A stretch of DNA of 64,000 nt from Octopus vulgaris (lineage: Eukaryota): assembly GCA_951406725.2 (NCBI GenBank), contig OX597838.1:13578001-13642000 (forward strand). Reading direction: 5' to 3'. Shown here piece after piece: positions 24,775 to 38,204 of this stretch (positions are counted from its first letter, which is position 1; the number at the start of each line of letters is the position of its first letter). The translations under genes and the position numbers were made by a program. The notes under the pieces were generated by a model. The model saw only the letters and a program-made list of their open reading frames with translations, searched no databases and had not been told where the DNA came from.

Positions 24775-27564
24775 GTAAGTCCTATATTTTTTCTTTTTTT
24801 TCTTTTTTGCACATATGTAATATTGCGACCACTACAACCTTGAGGCCGGCGAAGAAAATCTACTCAGTCATTTGACCTGCTAGAAATAACAGCCAAATCT
24901 CTTTCCAATCATACCTTATTCCCTTTTTACCCCGTTTAAATGGACATGTTAGATAATGTGGCCCTGGGTTACCTGCACATACCAAAAAAGTTGGATGGTC
25001 ACGACAGTATAGTCTTTGGTTATATATTTACTCGATCAGGATTGACCTGGTCAAAACAAAACAACAACAACAACGACTCTTGTCGTGTAGCGATTGTTCG
25101 GCCCCTTGTTACAATGACGTAGCGTGGGGTATGCGGGCAGCACAGAGGGACCATTTTATTACACATGTGTCTTGCTGTATGTAGTCGAAAGAACGTTACA
25201 TTTAAAGAAGAGGGAGACCAATTCGGTTATTGCAGGGGACGGCCAAAACCCACGCTGCTCCACCGACTCCATTCCGGCCTAGACAGGACCGTCTCTCTTC
25301 AGAACACAAGAAATTGAAAAGGGGCAACCAAACTGAAAAGATCCCTATATTATCCAAAATTGTCTTTCCCATTTTTCTAAAGACAGAAAGGGTGTGAGCT
25401 GAGAGATTTGGCTGCTATCTCTAGCAGGTCGAGTGACCTCATGAAGACTACCACGTTTATTATTGTTGTCATTTAGCCCCAGGTCAGCTTTCATCGAACA
25501 GAGTTATGATTAAAGGCGCTCACACTGTCACGCCTGCATCTAAGAGAATTTAATAGATTACATTTTAAGAATCTGACTGTGAGGCGCAAGAATGGCTGTG
25601 TGGTAAGTAGCTTGCTTACCAACCACATGGTTCTGGGTTCAGTCCCACTATGTGACACCTTGGGCAAGTGTTTTCTACTATAGCCTTGTGAGTGGATTTA
25701 GTAAACGGAAACTGAAAGAAGCCCGTCGTATATATATGTATATATATGTGTGTGTTTGTTTGTCTGTGTTCGTCAACCCACCATCGCTTGACAACCGATG
25801 CTGGTGTGTTTATGCCCCCGTAACTTAGTGGTTAGGCAAAAGAGACTGATAGAATAAGTACTAGGCTTACAAAGAATAAGTCCTGGGTTCGATTTGCTCG
25901 ACTAAAGGCGCTGCTCCAACATGGCCACAGTCAAATAACTGAAACAAGTAAAAGAGTAAAAGAGTAAAGAATAAAAGAGAGTGACAGCAGTGTTGTTTTT
26001 CTTGAAATTAATTAATCATTTAAATAATGTGCATTTTTTTTCCTACTCACAACAGACGTAATTTGTAGTAAATTCACATATCTGTCTCTATTATGTATGC
26101 TAGCATCCACTTAATGCTTTTGTTTTACATGCAGAGGGAGACCCTGCAGCCCTATTGCATCTCCTTGTTATTCCCATAGTTGTTAGTTTGGATGTTGCTG
26201 ATGTTATAACTATTATTTAGTTGTGTTTGTTGTTTAGCCCTGGGTCAGCTACAATCCAGAGGATATTATGATCAAAGGGGTGCCCCATCATGACCACAGT
26301 CCAGTGACTGAAACAAGTAAAAGAGAACCTACTTTATATTTCTTCAGAAGTGGTGTGAGTGGTGTATCTAGTGTGATACACATCTAATGTGACATTCCAT
26401 TTATGAAAGACAATAAACTATATCTGTTTCTTTACTACCCACAAGGGGCTAAACACATAGGGGACAAAGAAGGACAGACAAACAGATTAAGTCGATTACA
26501 TTGACCCCAGTGCTTAACTGGTACTTAATTTATTGACCCTGAAAGGATGAAAGGCAAAGTCGACCTCGGCGTGATTTGAACTCTGAACGTAACGGCAGAC
26601 GAAATATGGCTACGCATTTCGCCCGGCGTACTAACGTTTCTGCCAGCTCGCCGCCTTAAAGACCATAAACTATATCATTTAATGTCCTCCTTCCATGCAG
26701 GTATGGTTTGGCAGGAGGACTGTCTACTTTGGTATGGTTTTTACAGCTGGACGCCCTTCCTAGCACCAACCACTTTACAAAGTGTACTAGGCGCTTTTTA
26801 TGTGGCACCAGCATCGATGAGGATACCCAGTAACATGCAAGACAGAACCCTCGAGTGAGGGTGGCACGTAAAAAGCACCAACCGATCATGGCCGTTGCCA
26901 GCCTTGCCTGGCACCTGTGCCAGTGGCACGTAAAAAGCACCCACTACACTCACGGAGTGGTTGGCGTTATGAAGGGCATCCAGCTGAAGAAGCACTGCCA
27001 GATCAGACTGGAGCCTGGTGCAGCCTCCTGGCTTCCCAGACCCTGGTCGAACAGTCCAACCCATGCTAGCATGGAAAACGGACATTAACCGATGATGATG
27101 AGCAAAGAGTAGTATCAAGGGAGGTGGCTTTATATCAGGTGATAGAGATTAGGGTATGTAAAGAGTGACAGAAATAGGTGTCTTGCAGTATAGGAAATAC
27201 ATAGGTACCTCAGTTAGAGAGAGAGAGAAAGAGAGAGGATAGGGGAGAGATGATGATGTGATGGGGCATACACTCAAGTTACAGGTGAAAAAGTGTATAA
27301 GTCAAGTGGAACCAAGAAGTGGGTAGGTAAAGTTAGTGAGATTGTAAAAGGAGAGTTAGAGATGTAAGAGAGAGGGAGATATGTAGTGAGTGGGTACAGG
27401 TGGAGGGAGGGGGTGTTGGGAGGATATGTTATGGGGAAAAGATTTGACAGGGACACATTGTATGCAGGTAGGTTTGTGAAGATGCAAAGGGAGAGTGGGA
27501 GATAGAGAGGAGGGGAATACAGCAAGTGGTATGTGTATGTGTTTGTGTGTATATGTGTGTGTAT

Positions 27565-27618
<54 letters not shown>

Positions 27619-27666
27619 GTTGTTTAACGTCCGCTTTCCATGATAGCATGGGTTGAACGGCAACCC

Positions 27667-27720
<54 letters not shown>

Positions 27721-27946
27721 ATATTTAGCATGCTTGGGTATATTTGAACATGATAAGACCTTTTGCTGCAGATATAGTCCCAAGAAAAAATTCAATAGTC
27801 CCTCAGATAGAAGTCAACACATTGTCTCCTAGAATGAGGTCAAGAATCTCCCTAAAATAGGTCAATTGTTCCCTGGAACACATAAGACAATAAAACCACA
27901 AAGTCTATTTCCTTCATTGATTTGCCTTTTTATTCTTTTATTCTAG

Positions 27947-28073
27947 AATTATCTAATACGGTATGGTTACCTCCATCCTGGCTATGGGTGGTTCCTTGGC
28001 AATACTGAAGCCAAGATTGAACTTCAAGCTGCTCTCCAGAGATACCAAAGAGTTGCAGGAATAACAGTTACAG
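27947..28073 (+). CDS. MMP exon 2 (pro-domain)
   Basis: ttttattctAG ... G/GTTAGA; NYLIRYGYL...LQAALQRYQRVAGITVT(G), the MMP pro-domain signature YLxxYGYL...G.xTG. Confidence 0.92.
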
Positions 28074-28216
28074 GTTAGACTTGTATTTTTTTATTGATTT
28101 TTACAGATTTTTATTGATTGTCATTGATTTTTTTAATTAGTTATTTACATTTTAAGAATCTTTATTGACTTTTGTCCATTATTATTGATGTTGTTGGTTG
28201 CTATGGTTTCTTATAA

Positions 28217-28693
28217 GTGTTGTTCTGAAAGCATTGTTCTGAAAGTGTTATTCTGAGTGTTATTCTGAAAGTGTTGTTCTAAAAGTGTTGTTCTGGAAGT
28301 GTTGTTCTGAAAGAGTCATTCTGAAAGTGTTGTTCTGAAAGTGTTGTTCTGAAAGTGTTGCTCTGAAAGTGTTCTTCTGAAAGTGTTGTTCTGAAAGTGT
28401 GTTCTGAAAGTGTTCTTCTGAAAGTGTTGTTCAGAAAGTGTTCTTCTGAAAGTGTTCTGAAAGTGTTGTTCTGAAAGTGTTTTTCTGAAAGTGCTGTTCA
28501 GAAAGTGTTGTTTCAAAAGTGTTGTTCTAAAAGTGTTGTTCTGAAAGTGTTGTTCTGAAAGTGTTGCTCTGAAAGTGTTGCTCTGAAAGTGTTGCTCTGA
28601 AAGTGTTGCTCTGAAAGTATTGCTCTGAAAGTGTTACTCTGAAAGTGTTGCTCTGAAAGTATTGCTCTGAAAGTGTTGTTCTGAAAGTGTTGT
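28217..28693. repeat. 14-bp minisatellite (GTGTTGTTCTGAAA)n in MMP intron 2
   Basis: More than 30 copies, with GTT/GCT/CTT variants. Confidence 0.95.
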
Positions 28694-29845
28694 TCTTGTA
28701 TACAACAAAGGCTTGGCCTCCAAACACATCATTTACTAACCGACATTTTGTGCTTTTTCTCAAGGAGGTATTGAGTATCATTTGGAATGGAATTGAAAGC
28801 TGATGATGTCAGTGGTTGATTGAATGGTGTGTGTGTGTGTGTGAGAAGTTGGACTTTTTTTTATTATTATTCAAGCCATCCTGTGTCTTCACAGGCTTTG
28901 CAAGTAGCTTGGTGGCTGAGTGGTGTAATCTGAATTTGTGTTATGAATAGGAACATGTGCATTTTGTGATCTTTTGAGGGTGTGTGCATAGGAAGGTAAT
29001 GGATTTGAATGATATTAGTCTTTTTGTTGTTGGTGTTGTTGTCGTTGTTGTTGTGAAAATTTCAGTTGTTCTAACATTGTTGTAAATAACTGCCGGAAAT
29101 GAGGAGGAAAGAGATAAACTGTCCACACCCACATTACACTCTCTCTTTCCCTCTCTCTCTCTCTCTCTTCCTCTCATTCTCTCTTCCTCTCACTCTCTCT
29201 TCCTCTCATGCTCTCTCCCTCTCTCTCTCTCTCTCTCTCTTTCTCTCCCCGCTACTCATCCAACACACCCATACGCCAACTTACACACACACACACAACC
29301 TGAATCCCACCACCTGCTAATTGAGGATGTCACTGGTTATTTCGGTGAATAATAAAGGCATCCTCCTTTCCCTCCTCTCCCTGCCCCCTCCTCGTCATCA
29401 TCATCCCCACCATCACTATCATCACCATCATCATCATCATCATCATTAAGGTGGTGAGCTGGCAGAATCGTTAGCACGTCGGGCGAAATGCTTAGCGGTA
29501 TTTAGTCTGCGTTACGTTGTGAGTTCGAATTCCACCGAGATCGACTTTGCCTTTCATCCTTTCGGGGTCGATAAATTAAGTACCAGTTACGCACTGGGGT
29601 CGATGTAATCGACTTAATACCTATGTCTGTCCTTGTTTGTCCCCTCTGTGTTTAGCCCCTTGTGGGTAATAAAGTAATAGGTATTTCGTCTGCCATTACA
29701 TTCTGAGTTCAAATTCTGCCATGGTTGACTTTGTCTTTCAGCTTCTCAGGGTCAGTAGATTAAGTACCAGTGAAACACTGGAGGTCGATGTAGTCGACTA
29801 TTCCTCTCTATCAAAATTTCAGGCCTTGTTCCTATAGTAGATTAG

Positions 29846-29907
<62 letters not shown>

Positions 29908-30831
29908 ATCACTTCACATTACTGTCCCTGCTACCACCACCACTGCCAACATCACCACTTGTTAAACAACAACAACCCTGATTTTTACATCCAAGGTGCA
30001 GGAGTGGCTGCGTGGTAAGTAGCTTGCTTACCAACCGCATGGTTCTGGGTTCAGTCCCACTGTATGGCACCTTGGGCAAGTGTCTTCTACTATAGCTTCA
30101 GGCCGACCAAAGCCTTGTGAGTGGATTTGGTAGATGGAAACTGAAAGAAGCCTGTTGTATATATGTGTATGTATATATATATATATATGTGTGCGTGTTT
30201 GTGTGTCTGTGTTTGTTTCCCCAACATCGCTTGACAACCGATGCTGGTGTGTTTACGTCCCCGTGACTTAGTGGTTTGGCAAAAGAGAACGATAGAATAA
30301 GTACTAGGCTTACAAAGATAAGTCTTGGGATTGATTTGCTTGACTAAAGGCGGTGCTCCAGCATGGCTGCAGTCAAATGACTGAAACAAATTAGTAAAGA
30401 GAGATATATTTTTAAGAAGTAATTAAACTCACGAAGTGCATTTGGCAGTAAAACTTAGTTTCAGAAAAAAACCCTCCAACCATGCCAGTATGGAAAGTGG
30501 ATGTAAAGTGATGCTGCTGCCATTGGTTATGATGATGAAATGAGCTAACAAAGCAGTTTCTGTAAGGTTGCTCAACCAGCTAGAAATATCAGCTAAACTG
30601 CCACCCTCTTAAAGAAGGCAGGGCATACAGGCACAGGCATGGCTGAGTGGTAAGAAGCTTCTTTCCCAACCTCATGGTTCCAGGTTCTGTCCCTCTGCAT
30701 GGCACCTTGGGCAAGTGTCTTCTACTATACATTTGGGTCGGCCAAATCCGTATGAGTGGATTTGGTAGACGGAAACTGAAAGAAGCTTGCTATACATACA
30801 TGCATACATGCATACGTACATACATACATAC

Positions 30832-30862
<31 letters not shown>

Positions 30863-30963
30863 CATGCATGCAGGCATACATACATACATACATACATACT
30901 TACATCATACATACATACATACATACATACATACATACATACATGCATACATACATACATACA

Positions 30964-30997
<34 letters not shown>

Positions 30998-31421
30998 CAT
31001 ACACATACACACACACACACATATAAGTGTGTGTGTGTATGCCTTTGTGTCTGTTTGTCCCCCACCACTGCTTGATAAATGGTGTTGGTGTATTTATGTC
31101 CCCATAACTTAGCGGTTTGGCAAATAGGTTAGTTTTGACTTAAATTACCTCAAGGCAGTGCTGCAGCATGGCCAATGTCACATGATTGAAACAAGTAAAA
31201 GATAAGCAATAAAAGATGTCAGATTAGGCATAGGAGTGACTGTGTGGTAAGTAGCTTGTTTATGAACCACATGGTTCTGGGTTCAGTCCCACTGTGTGGC
31301 ACCTTGGGCAAGTGTCTTCTATATAGCCTCGGGTCAACCAAAACCTTGTGAGTGGATTTGGTAGACGGAAACTGAAAGAAGCCCATCGTATATGTGTATA
31401 CATATATGTATGTGTGTATGT

Positions 31422-31463
<42 letters not shown>

Positions 31464-32153
31464 TTGTGTGTCTGTGTTTGTGTCCCCCTACCCTTTTCAT
31501 GACAACCGATGCTGGTGTGTTTACGTCACCATAACTTAGCGGTTCGGCAAAAGCGACCGATAGAATAAGTCCTGGGGTCGATTTGCACGACTAAAGGCGG
31601 TGCTCCAGCATGGCCACAAACAAGTGAAATAGTAAATAGTAAATAGATTCACTTTGAAGCAGAGGATAACCATCGCTGAAATGGTTTGCTGGATCAGGCT
31701 TGACCTGGGGTTAAACAAACAACAACACAAATAGCAAAAATGATTATAATAACAACAACAATTGTCATATCATATATTAAAAATTAACTGATGTAAAAAA
31801 AAAAATGGGGAGCAAAAAGGAGGAGGAGGAAAGGAGGTGATGCTGGTGGGGGTCGGTGGAAATGTGGCTGGTCTGGTGTTTATCATCTTCAAGCAATTTT
31901 TTTTCCAACAATTGGGTTTTCCTGCTCTCTCTTTGACCTTTTATAAATATGCACCAAGTAACCTTTGATCTGTGTGACCTTTCCTACATCTTACACCCAC
32001 CTCCTTTTGCCTTCCACTAGTTCTCTACCCTACCTAGGAGCTTAGTTATATTGTGTGTATGTGTTAAGGATGTATATTATTTATGGTAGTGCATATGTAT
32101 ATATGTATGGATGTATCATATCTATATGTATATATATATATATACACATATAT

Positions 32154-32236
<83 letters not shown>

Positions 32237-32274
32237 CACACATAAATATATATATAATATAAATAATATATATA

Positions 32275-32460
32275 TGATAGATCGTTAGTCACTACACACA
32301 TTTTTTTCTCTCCTTGTTTTCTGTGTACCTTTCTGTAGAAGAGCGTAGGCTCGAAATGTTAAAAGAATTTTTCTATTCCTGAGCGTTATACTAATACATC
32401 TGTTTGTTTTGTACACCACCTGTCTTCGTCTTTTGTTGTTTTTTTCGTAAACTCTCCCTA
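32275..32460 (+). mobile_element. Penelope-like terminal fragment with degenerate hammerhead
   Basis: CTTT-CTGTAGA-A-GAGC-GTAG-GCTC-GAA-ATGTT-AAAAG; flanked by (TA)n. Confidence 0.5.
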
Positions 32461-33105
32461 TATATATATATAACTAATAGACCTCACCAAAAAATATAAG
32501 AATACTCTTTTAAATTAGTAGAATGGTAAGCTAGAATATAATACTAAAGAACCCACAGGAACCTTATCTACCTTTAAGACCAAACCCAGCAATAAATACA
32601 TAACTGGATGAGGTAATCTTCAGGTCACAAGGAAATATGACTATTTATAGTAACACCAACACCTCATAAAGGTGTGTAACCGGTACTTAATTTATTGACC
32701 CCGAAAAGACGAAAGGCAAAGTCAACCTCGGCAGAATTCGAACTCAGAAAGTAACAGCAGACGAAATACCGCTAAGCATTTCGCCCGGCATGATTCAGGC
32801 ATAGTGTATCTAGGACTTTGATTCAGATAATTTTTAAAATAATGAAGAATTTAATTAAACAGATTTCTCATGATTAATCAGGTGTTTGGAAATTTTGATG
32901 AAAAGTTTAAATTTAGATTGCTTTTAAACAAGGAATTTTTATCATAGAACCAAGGAGTTTCAGGTGGGTCAGTATGAGAATGGTTAAGGAAGATTTGGTT
33001 TATAATATTTTGTTTTTGTTTATAATATTTAGTCCAACCCATGCTAGCATGGAAAGCGGACGCTAAACGATAATGATGATGATGATGATGTTCTATTTTC
33101 TGCAG

Positions 33106-33237
33106 GTTTCTTTGATGAAAATACATTTAAAATGATGAGGAAAAAACGATGTGGTGTTCCAGATATGAATTATGCACCAAGTTTAGGCCTGAGAGAAGCT
33201 ATTTCTCCACGTCGCAAGCGAAGATTTGCTTTACAAG
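33106..33237 (+). CDS. MMP exon 3 (cysteine switch and furin site)
   Basis: FFDENTFKMMRKKRCGVPD...SPRRKRRFALQ; canonical AG/GT boundaries. Confidence 0.95.
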
Positions 33238-33739
33238 GTAAGTGGTCAGGGAATGTACCCACTACTTCTGCTCTTCATCAGAGATACACATATCCTCAGA
33301 AGATCTTCTGGGAAAATTTTCTCGCAGAGTAATAGATTTCACGACACCATATCATCACTGCCACAAAATCATAATCACAGCATCACCAATAAATTGGAAA
33401 TGTGTTTGCAGGCTTATATGAAATACTACATGGTTTGAGACAAATTTGGGAAGTTTTATAAAGGCAATACTTTCCACTATCTACACACCAGCATAAAGAG
33501 CACATTCATATGAATACCTGAGCAGTTAATAAAAAATATTCAAAAATGCCATATAGGTGCAGGAGTGGCTGTGTGGTAAGTAGCTTGCTTACCAACCACA
33601 TGGTTCCAGGTTCAGTCCCACTGCATGGCACCTTGGGCAAGTGTCTTCTACTATAGCCTCGGGCCAACCAAAGCCTTGTGAGTGAATTTGGTAGACGGAA
33701 ACTGAAAGAAGCCTGTCGTATATATGTATATATATGTAT

Positions 33740-33950
33740 GTTAAGTTAAGTTAATTATTTGGCTCAAAAAGCAAAAAGCAAGGCCATGTAGGGGGGGACA
33801 TGAAGTTATGTACAGGGTGGTGTTCATGCAAAGAGTTCAGGCCACTTGTGGTCAAGGTAGACTTTGAACCGAGCAGTCGTCGGCATCTTCACTATCTCGT
33901 CCGGCAGCTTATTCCACGGATCCGCAACCCGGACGGAGAAAGCCCCTCTC
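33740..33950 (-). mobile_element. CR1-group LINE 3' fragment nested in the internal microsatellite of a family-A SINE
   Basis: Reverse complement of the element at 60510-60715 (AFSVRVADPWNKLPDEIVKMP..., tail TTGAGCCAAA..TTAACT). Confidence 0.85.
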
Positions 33951-34544
33951 CTTTTGTTTGTGTCTGCGTTTGTCCCCCCAATATCTCTTGACAACCGATG
34001 CTGGTGTGTTTACGTCCCCGTAACTTAGCGGTTCGGCAAAAAAGAGACCGATAGAATAAGTACTGGGCTTACAAAGAATAAGTCCTGGGGTCGATTTGCT
34101 CGACTAAAAGGCGGTGCTCCAGCATGGCCGTAGTCAAATGACTGAAACAAGTAAAAGAGTAAAAGAGAGAGAGAGAGAGAGAGAGTAACCAGAACATTAC
34201 CATTCACCATCAAAGCAGTGAGCAAAAATCTTGAGAACATTGTACATCTACAACTACATTACTCTTAGTATTGAGAATGTGTAATTTCACTGCAAATGGA
34301 AATCACCAGAAATTTCAAATGTTGTGTATATCTCATTCAAAACAGAACATCTATTTACATACATTGGATTACTCTGAATATGCAGTTGTGCCTCACAGAA
34401 CACAGCTTGGATGACTGTCCCTTATACACACTAACACACACACACACACACACACACTGATGCCACAGCCATGTAACTGGCACTTTGTGCCAGTGGCACA
34501 TAAGTTTGTGTATATATTTGTATATTTGTCTGTTCAATCTTTAG

Positions 34545-34645
34545 GGTCAAAGTGGAAGCATCGTGAAATTACATACAAGGTCAGTGACTATCCCCAAAAC
34601 CTGTCCCACCATGACGTGGATGCTACCATAAACGCTGCATTCAAG
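34545..34645 (+). CDS. MMP exon 4 (start of catalytic domain)
   Basis: GSKWKHREITYKVSDYPQNLSHHDVDATINAAFK; donor AAG/GTAAGA. Confidence 0.95.
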
Positions 34646-34666
34646 GTAAGACACCATTATTATTAT

Positions 34667-35225
34667 TATTGAGTGAGCGAGCAGAGCATGCCATCAAAGT
34701 GACACTGGGGTAAAATATACGAAGCCCAGTATACCCATCATGACTACCCGTCTGATAAGGGTACACCAGGCACATGCATCACAACCATATGTGCGCGACA
34801 TGGTGATCTCATATCAAGATAAACAGCACATGACCTTGCAGGTGGAGCCCAGTTAGAATTTTCTTCAGATCGAGTAACCCATCCCGCTCAAAAGGTCCCT
34901 GAATAAAGGTTGTTTAAGGACGTTGAACGAAACACCCATGTTTCCAGAGGTGAATTATTCAAACCCCAAAGAATCCTTCTCAACACATGGCTATGATGCT
35001 CCCCCACTACTTCTGCTCGTGATCAGAGATGCACATATCGTCAGCCACTAAGGAACATGCTCAACTGGTTAAGGTCAAACAACTGACAAGCAAATCTGTG
35101 GTATTGAGCAGAATATTTGCTGTAGCCCATCTTTTATACCAAGACAAAACAATGTACATGATAACACTTCCAATCAGTTAAGATCAGAAGCCATGAGAGC
35201 CACTGCCTGGTACTGCATCAGGGCA
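34667..35225 (-). mobile_element. (AAT)n-associated non-autonomous retroelement, family D
   Basis: About 560 bp, TGCCCTGATGCAGTACC...GCTCACTCAATAATAAT, flanked by (AAT)n on both sides; other copies at 35902-36150(-), 47785-48100(+), 48338-48845(+). Confidence 0.75.
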
Positions 35226-35823
35226 TTATTATTATTATTATTATTGTTATTTGGCTTCTGTGCTGATGGCACATAAAAAGCACCATCCGAACGTGGCCGA
35301 TGCCAGCGCCGCCTTGGCTGGCTTCCGTGCCGGTGGCACATTAAAAGCACCAACCGATCGTGGCTGATGCCAGACGCCCCTGGCACCTGTGCCGGTGGCA
35401 CGTAAAAAGCACCCACTAGACTCACAGAGTGGTTGGCGTTAGGAAGGGCATCCAGCTGTAGAAACACTGCCAGATCAGACCGGAGCCTGGTGCAGCCCCT
35501 GGCTTCCCAGACCCCGGTCGAACCGTCCAACCCGTGCTAGCGTGGAAAACGGATGTTAAACGATGATGATGATGATGATGATAATGATTATTATTATTAT
35601 TATGTTTTTTCCTTCTTTCTTCAAATTTTCTTCCGTTTCTCGCCGAGTGTTTTCCATACACCGAGGGCAGAGAAGGGCATTGCATGCATTCCCAGATTAC
35701 ACGCGCAAATTCACAGATAAAAAATGTATTTAAAAATTAATAAATAAATAAATTCATGGATGGATGTTATTTTCACAGCGATAGTGCTCTTCTCAGTACA
35801 TGATGTGAAAATAACTATTATTA

Positions 35824-35878
<55 letters not shown>

Positions 35879-36530
35879 CATTATTATTATTATTATTATT
35901 ATCGAGTGAGAGAGCAGTGCATGCCATCAAAGTGACACTGGGGATACAAATATACGAAACCCAATATACCCATCATGACTACCCATCTGATAAGGGTACA
36001 CCAGGCACATGCATCACAACCATAGGTGCGCAACATGGTGATCTGATATCCAGTTAAACAATGTATGACCTTGCAGGTGGAGTCCAGTTAGAATTGTCTT
36101 CAGGTCGAGTAGCCCATCCCACTCAAAAGGTCCCTGAGTAAGGTTTGTTTTAAGGAGTGGCTGTGTGGTAAGTAGCTTGCTTACCAACCACATGGTTCCA
36201 GGTTCAGTCCCACTGCATGGCATCTTTAGCAAATGTCTTCTACTATAGCCTAGGGCCGAACAAAGGCTTATGAGTGAATTTGGTAGATGGAAACTGAAAG
36301 AAGCCCTTCTGATATATATATGTATGTGTATGTTTGTGTGTCTGTGTTTGTCCCCCTAACATTGCTTGACAACCGATGCTGGTGTGTTTACGTCCCTGTA
36401 ACTTAGCAGTGTGTGTGTGTGCGTGTGCATATAGGTGTGTGTGTGTGCATATAGGTGTGTGTGTATGCATGCATGCGTGTCTGTGGAGGAATTATATATT
36501 TTTAACTCTCTTCTTAATTTACTTTTTCAG

Positions 36531-36762
36531 GTTTGGAGCAACATAACATTTCTACAGTTTACGTGGAAGCCAAGGGATATTGTAGACATCAACATCCGGT
36601 TCCTGTCTGGTAACCATGGTGACGGGATGCCATTCGATGGGCCAGATGGAATCACAGCTCATGCTTTCTTCCCAAATAGCAACAACGATGACTTCGATGG
36701 AGACATTCATTTTGATGCTGAAGAAAACTGGGTGCTGAGTAACAAAGCTGACCAAAAATCAG
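36531..36762 (+). CDS. MMP exon 5 (structural Zn/Ca ligands)
   Basis: VWSNITFLQF...HGDGMPFDGPDGITAHAFFP...GDIHFDAEENW. Confidence 0.96.
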
Positions 36763-37411
36763 GTATTTGGGTAGATTCGGTCAATTTCATCCCTTCCTCA
36801 TGGTGCCAAAGTTAAAATCCATTATTGTAAAGGCAGGTGTGGTTGTCTGGTTAAGAAGTTTGCTCTCTTTGACCTTTTATAAATATGCACCAAGTAACCT
36901 TTGATCTGTGTGACCTTTCCTACATCTTACACCCACCTCCTTTTGCCTTCCACTAGTTCTCTACCCTATCTAGGAGCTTAGTTATATTGTGTGTATGTGT
37001 TAAGGATATATATTATATATGCTTGTGCATATGTATATATGTATGGATGTATCATATATATATATATATATATACACATAAATATATATATAATATAAAT
37101 AATATATATGTGATAGATCGTTAGCCACTACACATGGTTACAGGTCCAGCCCCAATGTGTGACCCCTTCGGCAAGTATCTTCTACTATAGCCTTGGGCCA
37201 ACCAAAGCCTTGTGAGTGGAGCTTGAGAATGGAAACTGAAAGAAGACCATCAGATCATGTGATTTTGAACTTCCTTAGTCTTGTCAATGATGTAATAAGA
37301 AATGGACAATAATAACATATTAATGAATTTGAAGCACCGGATAGTGTCTGCACAGATAAAACAGTATAAAGAGAAGCTTCTATTTATTTTTGAGATGGCT
37401 CTGTGTATGTA

Positions 37412-37461
<50 letters not shown>

Positions 37462-37506
37462 TTATATATATATATATACTTTATTTAAAGCAGCAGAAAA
37501 TTCAAC

Positions 37507-37553
37507 AAAATCTGTTACTCTGAGTTTCTCGTTGCCGTTCATCAGACAGTTTT
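37507..37553 (-). ncRNA. Minimal type I hammerhead ribozyme motif (Penelope-like), antisense in MMP intron 5
   Basis: Minus strand AAAACUGU-CUGAUGA-ACG-GCAA-CGA-GAA-ACUC-A-GAGU-A-ACAG-A-UUUU; canonical core, but the 10.1-11.1 pair is an A.A mismatch. Confidence 0.65.
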
Positions 37554-37592
37554 TGCTATATATAAGAAGGGCTTCTTTCAGTTTCCATCTAC

Positions 37593-37629
<37 letters not shown>

Positions 37630-37921
37630 ATGTGTGTGAGTCTTTGTGTTTGTCCTCCTGCAACCACTTGACAACCAGTCTCTGTGTGTTTACATCCCCG
37701 TAACTTGGCAGTTTGGCAAAAGAGACTGACAGAATAAGTATCAGGCTTTGAAAAATAAGTACTAGGGGGTCATTGCATTCGACTACAAGTTCTTCAAAGT
37801 GGTGGCCCTCCATGGTCTCAAGTAAAAGACAAAAGAAGATTACAAAATGAAAGTGAAAGTAGTTTATAATATTTATTTTATTTATTTATTTTATATAGTT
37901 TTAGCTCACGAGCTGTGGCCA

Positions 37922-38064
37922 TGCTGGGGCACCGCCATTTGCTGGGGCACCACCATTTGCTGGGGCACCGCCATTTGCTGGGGCACCGCCATTTACTGGG
38001 GCACCGCCATTTGCTGGGGCACCGCCATTTGCTGGGGCACCGCCATTTGCTGGGGCACCGCCAT
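37922..38064. repeat. 18-bp minisatellite (TGCTGGGGCACCGCCATT)x8 derived from a SINE-A tail
   Basis: The unit matches the SINE segment GGCCATGCTGGGGCACCGCC seen at about 9750 and 11740. Confidence 0.92.
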
Positions 38065-38204
38065 ATGTCTGTCTTTTAAATAGATGTCATGACTTTTTCA
38101 TGATGTAATTGTCTCAATTCGCCAAACAACAAAAGGTTCAACTAAAAATATTGTTAATTGTTATATTGATTAATTAACCTGTTGTTTTTTTTTTTTTGTA
38201 AAAG

